A stretch of 64,000 bases of DNA from Escherichia phage fDHCT2. Below, piece after piece: positions 56,609-64,000 of the stretch. Below the pieces are notes generated by a model. The model was not told the DNA's origin and made no database searches. It saw nothing but the letters and a program-made list of their open reading frames with translations. The translations under genes and the position numbers were made by a program. The stretch is taken from sequence record OR427838.1; one strand, 5' to 3'. The stretch's first letter is position 1, and each line of letters begins with the position of its first letter.

Positions 56609-56746
56609 TCAATTAAAACAGTTATACTTAATTTGTGCTATAAGAATAATCCATCCAATGATGAGTGTCGGAATCATTGGTGGAATTGCCACTGCCCAAT
56701 AAACGGTAAAGGCAGCCATTATAAGAAATAAAATAATTATCTTCAT
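56609..56746 (-). CDS. Putative 45-aa membrane peptide (not in ORF track)
   Basis: ATGA overlap with imm-like gene stop; two hydrophobic segments. Confidence 0.3.
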   Translation of the reverse strand: MKIIILFLIMAAFTVYWAVAIPPMIPTLIIGWIILIAQIKYNCFN

Positions 56747-56979
56747 TGTTTAACGATAATGATTTGTGCGTTTGATTTACGTTCAGCGACGATAGCCCAG
56801 ATTAAAGCCACTACCCAACCAATCATCGTCCACCCTAACAGGAGATTAAGGAAGAAAATTCCTACATTACTACGAGTGCCTCGCAGAAGGGCTAAAATCC
56901 ATGGTAAAAAGTAACCGATGAACATAATAACCAGAGAACCAAATCCTAAAACACCAGCACTAACGATTAAAGCTTCCAT
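56743..56979 (-). CDS. imm: Superinfection immunity protein, Imm-like
   Basis: 78 aa, two TM; LRGTRSN...LLGWTMIGWVVALIWA; T4 imm position upstream of 43. Confidence 0.55.
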   Translation of the reverse strand: MEALIVSAGVLGFGSLVIMFIGYFLPWILALLRGTRSNVGIFFLNLLLGWTMIGWVVALIWAIVAERKSNAQIIIVKQ

Positions 56980-56995
56980 TGTAATTTCCTCATGT

Positions 56996-57039
56996 AGTTG
57001 ATAGGAAGGATACTACCACGTTCCTTGTGGTATGTAAAC
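56996..57039 (-). promoter_or_regulatory. Early-type promoter element upstream of imm-like gene
   Basis: GTTTAC-N18-TAGTAT-CCTTCCTATCAACTACATGAGGAA. Confidence 0.5.
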
Positions 57040-57041
57040 AC

Positions 57042-59753
57042 TTAAAAGTCGAACATATCAAATAATGTTGCTTTTTTCTCGTAGTCGATTTTAGCAGACT
57101 CAGTAAAACCAGTCAGAGGCTTGATAAAGGTCTTTTGGAACAGTACGTTGTAGTCCATCCAACGGAGGACTTGGTCACGAATCTGAATCGGAAGTTCAAT
57201 ACCTGACGGCCACGCCATACAAGCTTCACCAAAAGGGTTGCCTTCTTTAAGCGGCAGCACATATACCTTTTCACCATCAACGATACGAGGCATGGTCAAA
57301 TCACCTGCAGAAGCACGCATGTAAGCTAAGCAACCTTTGATGTGATACGGACATTTAGAACCAGGGAAACCGCCTTCATTATATTTCTCGATGTTGTTAG
57401 CACTGGATACTGCAGCAATGCTTACATAGTTTAGTTCGTTAAATTCCTTATTAAACTGTTTGAAATACTCTTGCAAAGAGGCCTCGCCTTCTTGAAGCAT
57501 ACGACGGATACATTCTTTCAGTGCTTTCTGAACTGCTTTAGGTGTACTTGATTTCTGGGTTTCGAGGCCCATGATTTTCAAGTGTGGTTCGGCATAACGA
57601 GTACCTTCCATGTCCCAAACGTTCAGTGCATAACGTTTCTTGCCTGTCCAGAATCCACCAAGACCTTTAGAACCAAGTGGAGGACCAGCGATAGCTTCTC
57701 GGTCCATGAACATCAAGTGCTGTTTATTGTTCATGTATTCGCACATCTCACGGAAGCCTGCATCAATAGCCGGTTCCATACGTTCACGTGCAAATTTATC
57801 TAAGAAATCAACCCAGTGGTTAGTATCACGGAATTTATCTTCGCCTACTTTATTGATGATTGCGTCAGCCTTAACATAAATGGAGTCAGTATCACCATAG
57901 AGCACGAACTTCTGGTTTTCAGTCTTGCACACACCATTCAGATATTCGTTAACCTTACGTTCAATCCATTGGAGGGCCATTTGACCAAACAATGTGATTG
58001 CAGTCGCGTTCCTGAGGTCATAGTAACGGAACCATACGTTACCAAGTGCACCATAAAGGGAGTTGATAAGCAACTTACGGTTAATCTGAGCAGTCATACC
58101 TGCGACTTCAGTACGTTCGGCTTTGAACAACATTTCTTTTAAAGAAGATGCTGACAATTTTTTAATCTGAGCTTTGATTTCGTCAGAGAAGTCGAAACGA
58201 TAATCGATATCCAGTGGGCTATCAACAGACGGATTAGGATTTTCTAATGCTTCCTTAATTAACTCACCATTACGTTGAGCTGCAAGCATATAACCTTTAT
58301 GTTCTTTACGCTGTAAGAACACCTTCGTGATTTCTGTAGGAATCACGCCATCACGGTCTTTATAGTACATCATGCCGTTAGGAGAGCAACTGTAGGTGTC
58401 GCTAGGACGCGGAGCAGTTCCGGCAATATATTCATGTATCGGTGCGTTAGCGAATGTCCCTGCGATGGTCTCTGGGCTTATATTCACTTGTCGAATGATA
58501 CTCGGGTACAGAGATGTAAGGTCGAAACTCATTACATATTTGTACGCGTTAGGAATAGGTTCCTTAACGAAAGCACCTGGATAAGGTTGAACCGCATGCG
58601 ATTTGGCCTGAGGAATAACTTTACCCTGTTCTTTAAGGCTATTAAAGATAATAGCGTCCCAAGTCTTAATTGGACTGAACACCGACTGAATCTGCATCTT
58701 GGCATAGTAACCCATGTCCAGACTAAGAAGAATGAACTGGCGTTTCATATCAATCTGCACAACACGATATACGTCGATAATGTTATAGGAAATATATCGT
58801 TGGTGGTTCGTCTCACGTAACTTGGAGATAGGACCATCATATTTCAACTTACCTACTTTCAATTCATATTCAGAAACATAATCCAGAGAATAAGAAGGCT
58901 GGTTGGTAAAGCTGAATTTTTTATAAAGGTCGATATAATCCAGAACAGAGATACCGAACAGTGTAATAATTTCACGAACACCGTACATATTCTCGATAAC
59001 TTTAACACGAGTCTTACGATGCGGGCTTAATCGCTTAGCAGTGTTCTCACCAAACAGATTTTTCAGACGGTTATAAACGTATGGCACGTCAAATGATTCA
59101 ACGTTCCATCCAGTCAAAATCACAGGAGTTTTCTGTTGCCAGAAATTCAGATACTCAAGCATCATTTCTTCTTCAGAATTAAACGGAAGATAAACGATTT
59201 TGTCAATGATTTCTTGTGGAACTTCGTCACCACCTTCGTCTTGGAGTTTCTCAGCGATTTTAATCGACCACTCTTCGACCGTACCATAAGGTGAAACTAA
59301 AAGGTCAAATACATAGAATTTATCATCAATCGAGTCGTAGTGAGTAATGGCATCGATAGGATGTTTAGCCTGAGCAGGTTCAGGGAATCCATCAGGGGAT
59401 GTTACCTCGATGTCGAAGTTAGCAATACGAATCTTGGAAGAATCATACTTGATTTCTTTACGATAGGTATCAGACAAATAGGCTAATTTATAGTCGTCCA
59501 TACCAAGGGCTTCGAGACCCATATCGTCCATGCGCTTCATCCACTGAGAAGCATCGCGCATTGAATTGAATTCTTTCTTAACACAGCCCTTACCGTAGAT
59601 GTCAATATATTTTACGGCTTGCTCTGGGTTAGCATGCATAAACATTGTAGGCTTGTATGGAACTTCACGACTACGTTCGTTACCATTTTTATCGATGTAA
59701 CGTTCGAGAATATTATCACCGATTTGTTCGACTGTCAAATAGAATTCTTGCAT
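57042..59753 (-). CDS. 43: DNA polymerase gp43 (family B)
   Basis: Start refined to ATG 59753 (MQEFYLTVEQIG); 903 aa; exo motifs FDIEV, polymerase motif YGDTDS; very similar to remembered RB69 gp43. Confidence 0.95.
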   Translation of the reverse strand: MQEFYLTVEQIGDNILERYIDKNGNERSREVPYKPTMFMHANPEQAVKYIDIYGKGCVKKEFNSMRDASQWMKRMDDMGLEALGMDDYKLAYLSDTYRKEIKYDSSKIRIANFDIEVTSPDGFPEPAQAKHPIDAITHYDSIDDKFYVFDLLVSPYGTVEEWSIKIAEKLQDEGGDEVPQEIIDKIVYLPFNSEEEMMLEYLNFWQQKTPVILTGWNVESFDVPYVYNRLKNLFGENTAKRLSPHRKTRVKVIENMYGVREIITLFGISVLDYIDLYKKFSFTNQPSYSLDYVSEYELKVGKLKYDGPISKLRETNHQRYISYNIIDVYRVVQIDMKRQFILLSLDMGYYAKMQIQSVFSPIKTWDAIIFNSLKEQGKVIPQAKSHAVQPYPGAFVKEPIPNAYKYVMSFDLTSLYPSIIRQVNISPETIAGTFANAPIHEYIAGTAPRPSDTYSCSPNGMMYYKDRDGVIPTEITKVFLQRKEHKGYMLAAQRNGELIKEALENPNPSVDSPLDIDYRFDFSDEIKAQIKKLSASSLKEMLFKAERTEVAGMTAQINRKLLINSLYGALGNVWFRYYDLRNATAITLFGQMALQWIERKVNEYLNGVCKTENQKFVLYGDTDSIYVKADAIINKVGEDKFRDTNHWVDFLDKFARERMEPAIDAGFREMCEYMNNKQHLMFMDREAIAGPPLGSKGLGGFWTGKKRYALNVWDMEGTRYAEPHLKIMGLETQKSSTPKAVQKALKECIRRMLQEGEASLQEYFKQFNKEFNELNYVSIAAVSSANNIEKYNEGGFPGSKCPYHIKGCLAYMRASAGDLTMPRIVDGEKVYVLPLKEGNPFGEACMAWPSGIELPIQIRDQVLRWMDYNVLFQKTFIKPLTGFTESAKIDYEKKATLFDMFDF

Positions 59754-59821
59754 TTCATTTCCTTTATAGACGAGTGATTGTCTTTTGTTTGTTGATGAAT
59801 CATTATACTCCAAAAAGGGAC

Positions 59822-59843
59822 CGAAGTCCCTTTGCTTAAATTT
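59822..59843 (-). terminator. Rho-independent terminator between regA region and gene 43
   Basis: GGGAC-UUCG-GUCCC hairpin followed by U5 on minus strand. Confidence 0.55.
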
Positions 59844-60117
59844 CTATTGTTTGACGTTTAATGGTTGAATTACCATCTTCGTCTTTAGTTTTAATCATAG
59901 CCTGGAAGACTTTCTGACCTGGATGTAGCAACTTATGGAGTTCTTTTTGAAATTCTATTTGGAGCTCTTCGGAAAGGTCAAAAACAGTTTGAGTTGGTGA
60001 AAGTCCGTATACCTCTTTAAGACGTTCACACATTTCAATTTCAAGAATCATATTAATTACCGATGGTATACTTAGACAGTAGTTCCCAGTCATTTTTCTG
60101 CTTAAAGGAAATGACAC
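59836..60117 (-). CDS. Hypothetical small protein between regA and 43; 5-prime end overlaps regA, true start may be ATG near 60051
   Basis: 93-aa track ORF in another frame from regA. Confidence 0.3.
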   Translation of the reverse strand: MSFPLSRKMTGNYCLSIPSVINMILEIEMCERLKEVYGLSPTQTVFDLSEELQIEFQKELHKLLHPGQKVFQAMIKTKDEDGNSTIKRQTIEI

Positions 60118-60415
60118 GGAAATTATTAGTGATTTCGAACAGCTCAGAGTCGTCTACGATATCAATCAGTCCCCAGTCCTTAAGAAGCTGGGCGATAGAA
60201 TCACGGCGTTGGTAGTCTTCACCATCGATATCTACCTGGCGACCGTCCATACGCAACATCTCTTTAAAGTGGACAATATAATACCGTCCTTGCTTTTGCA
60301 AAATGTGGCAGGATTGATATAGTTTCTTTTCTTTATTATTAGCGATACCCATACGAGTCAGGGTCTCTTTCACTTTTAGGAAGTCTTCAGGTTGCTTCAG
60401 AGTAATTTCAATCAT
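60053..60415 (-). CDS. regA: Translational repressor RegA
   Basis: 120 aa; almost colinear with remembered T4 RegA (MIEITLK.PEDFLKVKETLTRMGIANNK, SCHILQK, HFKEMLRMDGRQV). Confidence 0.9.
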   Translation of the reverse strand: MIEITLKQPEDFLKVKETLTRMGIANNKEKKLYQSCHILQKQGRYYIVHFKEMLRMDGRQVDIDGEDYQRRDSIAQLLKDWGLIDIVDDSELFEITNNFRVISFKQKNDWELLSKYTIGN

Positions 60416-60421
60416 TTTAAT

Positions 60422-60994
60422 TTACCATTCCAATGCTTTCTTTTTCAAGTCTTTTTGTTCTTTCACATTTTTAGTTACGGATTTCAGGAACTCGTCCGTA
60501 ACCAACCCTTTCATCTTCTTAAGCATCGCCGGAAGATGGCCTTTAATTTTATAAGTCTCGAGATAACGATAAGCGTCATCATTATTAATTGAATGGTATT
60601 TCATCAATAAACGAGTAATAAAAACTACACTAACTTCATCATCATGGGCCTTAGCCCATTTACCAAATCTCTTACCCTTAGGAACAGCATGTAAAAGATA
60701 GTTGAAGTGACTTTGGTCGTCAAGTTTAAGACAGTTAACCATCGCGGCTTGCATAATGCAATCTACGTGTTGGCTCAAACTATTATCTAGCCAAAATTGA
60801 TTATAGTTTTCTGATTGAGCCAAGTTACGTTGGTTCTTACCATACGTGATGTCGTTCATAATGGCAAACAGTTCGTTTTCAGCCTTTTCTTTAAATGAAT
60901 CGGCTAAGGCTTGAATAGCAGCGTCGTTACGTTGTTTCCAAGCAACTTCATGTTCATTCAGTTCAACGTCATCATCAAAAAGACTTATAGCCAT
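60422..60994 (-). CDS. 62: Clamp loader small subunit gp62
   Basis: 190 aa (T4 gp62 187); position between regA and 44. Confidence 0.85.
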   Translation of the reverse strand: MAISLFDDDVELNEHEVAWKQRNDAAIQALADSFKEKAENELFAIMNDITYGKNQRNLAQSENYNQFWLDNSLSQHVDCIMQAAMVNCLKLDDQSHFNYLLHAVPKGKRFGKWAKAHDDEVSVVFITRLLMKYHSINNDDAYRYLETYKIKGHLPAMLKKMKGLVTDEFLKSVTKNVKEQKDLKKKALEW

Positions 60995-61944
60995 TGGAGC
61001 TCCAGAGCAAGTTGGATAAACAGATAAGTCAGGTGAATTTCTGGGTTAGCAGCAATACCGTGGTATTGGTTATTTTCACCGACAATTTCGTACATTCTAA
61101 CAATGCTTGGCCCAGGCAATTTACCATAGAGTTCGTTAGCCAGCGACATAATAAAGTTGGAATAATCATTGACATGACGTGGAGCTAATGCACGGAGTTC
61201 TTTAAAGTTTTTATCTTTCAGTGCGGCCACTACTTCATCAATAGGCGAATTGGTATTCATTACAATACTCAAAATGCCTGTATCGATTTTACCACTTGAG
61301 GAATAACGGTCTAGTTGGTTAATTGTTTTACGGAAGTCAGGGAAGTTTTGTTTAACTAAAGCAGCAATAACTTTAAGGTCTTCGACTTCGATATTTTCGT
61401 TTTTACAAATTGCTACTGCACGATGAATCATTTCTTTCATCATGGCAGTTTGGTCAGCTGGAGTGGCTTCACCAAATTTAATTACACGGCAACGAGATTG
61501 AAGTGGACCGATAATACCATCAATATTGTTTGCTGTAATAATTACAGAACAGTTTGAGGAATAGGCCTCTAAGAATGAACGAAGGTGGCGTTGAGCTTCA
61601 GCAACACCAGCACGGTCGAATTCGTCAATAACAATTACCTTACGTTTACCTTCGATAGATTTAGAAGATGCAAAACGAGTAAGTTCGTTACGAACGAAAT
61701 CAATACGGCAGTCAGAACCGTTAACAAACAACATGTCTGAATTTGTATCAGCACACAATGCTTTAGCTACGGTAGTTTTACCTGTGCCTGGTGAAGCAGA
61801 GACTAGGATAATGTTAGGGATTAGGCCCTTATTAACAATTGCTTGGAGAGTTTCTTTATCATGAGCAGGCAGAATACATTCAGATAAAGTACCTGGACGA
61901 TATTTCTGTTCGAACATGAATTCATTATTATTTACTGTAAGCAT
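60985..61944 (-). CDS. 44: Clamp loader large subunit gp44 (AAA+)
   Basis: 319 aa as T4 gp44; Walker A SPGTGKTT; Walker B VIVIDEFD. Confidence 0.9.
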   Translation of the reverse strand: MLTVNNNEFMFEQKYRPGTLSECILPAHDKETLQAIVNKGLIPNIILVSASPGTGKTTVAKALCADTNSDMLFVNGSDCRIDFVRNELTRFASSKSIEGKRKVIVIDEFDRAGVAEAQRHLRSFLEAYSSNCSVIITANNIDGIIGPLQSRCRVIKFGEATPADQTAMMKEMIHRAVAICKNENIEVEDLKVIAALVKQNFPDFRKTINQLDRYSSSGKIDTGILSIVMNTNSPIDEVVAALKDKNFKELRALAPRHVNDYSNFIMSLANELYGKLPGPSIVRMYEIVGENNQYHGIAANPEIHLTYLFIQLALELQWL

Positions 61945-62005
61945 ATTAATTTCCTCAGGTTTGTTTTTACATTATACTCCAAGGGAGGAATATCCTCCCT
62001 ATGCT

Positions 62006-62704
62006 TTAGAACGAGTGGCTTGAGCCTGCTTCCATGGCCAATACATAAGAAGCTTGTGAACCTTCAAACTTAGCTGCAAAACGAGCATCCTGACCTTCAC
62101 CGCGGGCCCATAACAACACATGATAATCGGCTGGCATCATTTTCATATTGGTTTTGTTAATGATGAACTTAAAGTCAGGACCATCATGGTCAGCTACTAC
62201 CAAAGAATACAGTGGACGAGTTAATTCTTTATCGTCGACTTGTTTATAACCGTTGATAACAATTTTACCATCGTCTACAGTGATTGCAAATGTATCAATA
62301 CTCAGACCAGAGGACACTCGCATCAGCTGCTGGTAATCTTCGGCTTTAAGGTCGAAAATAACTTCAGCCACAGGGAACGGGATAGCTTTGCTTGGGAATG
62401 CGATTGTGCTTGGGTCAGCAATAGGCCACTTAATTGTTGAACGTTGGTCTTTAATAATTAATGTGGTTTGGTCTTCACTTACCGAAACTTCAGCACTTTC
62501 CGATACCAAAGACAGAATACTTAAGAAGCCATTCAAATCATAGATTGCTGCTTCGATATCGAAGGTGTCGCTTACAGTGGCTTCACCATAACTTGCACCG
62601 GTAACAGATCGGGTCAGAATGGTGTTACCTGGTTTAAGCATAATGCCTGGGTTAATACCGGAGAAGTTTTTAAGAATGTTCAGGGTTTCTTTAGAGAATT
62701 TCAT
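62006..62704 (-). CDS. 45: Sliding clamp gp45
   Basis: 232 aa (T4 gp45 228); synteny. Confidence 0.88.
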   Translation of the reverse strand: MKFSKETLNILKNFSGINPGIMLKPGNTILTRSVTGASYGEATVSDTFDIEAAIYDLNGFLSILSLVSESAEVSVSEDQTTLIIKDQRSTIKWPIADPSTIAFPSKAIPFPVAEVIFDLKAEDYQQLMRVSSGLSIDTFAITVDDGKIVINGYKQVDDKELTRPLYSLVVADHDGPDFKFIINKTNMKMMPADYHVLLWARGEGQDARFAAKFEGSQASYVLAMEAGSSHSF

Positions 62705-62728
62705 AATGTTTCCTTATCAAGTCAAAAA

Positions 62729-63142
62729 TTAAGCAATAACGATCATTTGTTTACGGATTGATTCAGGCAGAGATTCAATATACTCTGGAATCTGGGAAGC
62801 AACAATAGCGCCGGCTTCAAGCAACTGCTCATCAGGGTCGACGCAATAATCATCTTCTAAACGTTCAGAACCGTCGCGGTCGATAACAAGTTTAGCACCT
62901 GCAGCCAGTGAATCATTATAATGGCGACGCATAATTTCTACCCACTTATCAGATACGTCGTTATCAATAATACCGTAGAGCATGAACTTAGTTTCTTGTG
63001 GAAGAGACTGCAATCGACGTGCGGAGTTGGTATCAATATTCAGTACCCATGATTTACGGATACGGTTCTGATTATGTGGGTTGGAATCAGTACGGATTGT
63101 TTTAACTTGGATATCTTTAACGGTAATAGCGTTAGCAAACAT
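62729..63142 (-). CDS. Hypothetical protein at rpbA position (start refined to ATG 63142)
   Basis: Track ORF 62729..63184 starts at TTG; lies between 45 and 46. Confidence 0.45.
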   Translation of the reverse strand: MFANAITVKDIQVKTIRTDSNPHNQNRIRKSWVLNIDTNSARRLQSLPQETKFMLYGIIDNDVSDKWVEIMRRHYNDSLAAGAKLVIDRDGSERLEDDYCVDPDEQLLEAGAIVASQIPEYIESLPESIRKQMIVIA

Positions 63143-63202
63143 AATATTTTCTCTCATTTGGTTGGTAGATGTATTATAAATCAATATTTTAAAGCACTTA
63201 AT

Positions 63203-63394
63203 TTAATCAAAGTATTCATAAACGAACCAGGCAGGGTTCCTGTTCGACATGATTCTATCATACTCTGACTTGAAAGCATTTCGGAGATAATCTTCAGTAA
63301 CAAGATGTTCGTCACCAGAGAAGTTATTAACTAAAACATACCGCTTTAGTTCAGGAACGGCCAACAAATGCTGGCCTGTTATAAAATCACTCAT
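63203..63394 (-). CDS. Hypothetical small protein (gene 45.2 position)
   Basis: 63 aa. Confidence 0.4.
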   Translation of the reverse strand: MSDFITGQHLLAVPELKRYVLVNNFSGDEHLVTEDYLRNAFKSEYDRIMSNRNPAWFVYEYFD

Positions 63395-64000
63395 TCCATC
63401 ACCGTGAATCGTCCAACTTTCTTCATTTGAAGATGCTGGCCATAAGCTTGTGGGTCATGGTCTCGGTGAGAGATAATGAACACGTTCGTATCCTCAAGGC
63501 TATTCAAGATGGTTGCAATGGTCTTAACGCCTTCAGCGTCAGTAGCGCTGTCAAAAACTTCATCAAGAATTAACGTGCTGATATTAACACCTGATACCTT
63601 AGAAGCAATATCACGCCATGTAAAAAGTAGTGCGATATCAATACGTGCTTTCTCACCCTGTGAAAATGAAGCATAACTAAAGTCTTCACGTCCACGTGAT
63701 TTAATCGTCTCATTGAACTCTTCGTCTAGGGTAAAGACGTAGTCGGCTTCCATAATCTTCAAATAAGAATTTATTTGCTTATTAAAGATAGGAATGTATT
63801 TCTTAATAATGGAACCTTTAATACCTGTATCCTTCAACATTTCTGTCAGAATTCCACGATGATATTTTTCCATTACCAATGACGATTTAGTAGAGACGAT
63901 TTTATCAAGCTCTGCTTGAAGCGCGGCAATCTCTTCGGCATTACTTACGAACTCAGCAGCGGCTTGGTCGATTAATACTTTAACCTTTTTAGCTTTCTCT
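63391..64000 (-). CDS. 46: Recombination endonuclease subunit gp46 (SbcC/Rad50-like), C-terminal part; gene continues past window end
   Basis: ABC signature FSQGEKARIDIAL and Walker B/D-loop LILDEVFDSATD; frame stays open upstream of the TTG track start through 64000. Confidence 0.85.
   Translation of the reverse strand, partial: EKAKKVKVLIDQAAAEFVSNAEEIAALQAELDKIVSTKSSLVMEKYHRGILTEMLKDTGIKGSIIKKYIPIFNKQINSYLKIMEADYVFTLDEEFNETIKSRGREDFSYASFSQGEKARIDIALLFTWRDIASKVSGVNISTLILDEVFDSATDAEGVKTIATILNSLEDTNVFIISHRDHDPQAYGQHLQMKKVGRFTVME

Noticed and set aside
5921-57040. Possibility that the recurring ~43-bp elements form a CRISPR-like array or dispersed mobile repeats
   Set aside because: Copies are kilobases apart, each precedes an SD and ATG in the same orientation, and contain -35/-10-like hexamers; interpreted as promoters
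59754-59821. Sigma-70 promoter for gene 43 between terminator and ATG
   Set aside because: A TATAAT is present (59812-59817) but the -35 would fall inside the terminator stem with poor match; left uncalled

Overview
The window is a densely packed segment of a T4-like (Tevenvirinae) myovirus genome, with long-tail-fiber and holin genes on the plus strand and replication, recombination, nucleotide-metabolism and early genes on the minus strand. Gene order follows T4: nrdB-nrdA-td-frd-32-59-33-dsbA-rnh | 34-35-36-37-38-t | asiA-motA-52 ... rIIB-rIIA-39 ... dexA-dda-modA-modB ... soc-56-61 ... 41-40-uvsX-42 ... imm-43-regA-62-44-45 ... 46. The DNA polymerase and other core proteins look closest, from memory, to RB69-type phages. 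Identifications rest on my recollection of T4 protein sequences, motifs and synteny; no database search was possible. The main candidate for an undescribed system is a cassette between uvsX and gene 43 (51866-56070). It combines a divergent thymidylate-synthase-fold gene 42 homolog, a P-loop kinase, a small HAD phosphatase, a sugar-1-phosphate nucleotidyltransferase fused to a kinase, and an uncharacterised 297-aa protein at the position where T4 has beta-glucosyltransferase. I read this as a nucleotide-sugar and DNA hypermodification module (possibly a non-glucose glycosylation of hydroxymethyl-cytosine), but that is inference. Other observations: a Dam-like methyltransferase between nrdA and nrdB; gp37 with a C-terminal self-cleaving chaperone domain followed by a glycine-rich gp38 adhesin; a family of about 14 conserved early-promoter elements; several tandem paralog pairs; a probable frameshifted small gene; and several small ORFs missing from the ORF track. 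No tRNA, CRISPR array or intron was recognised.
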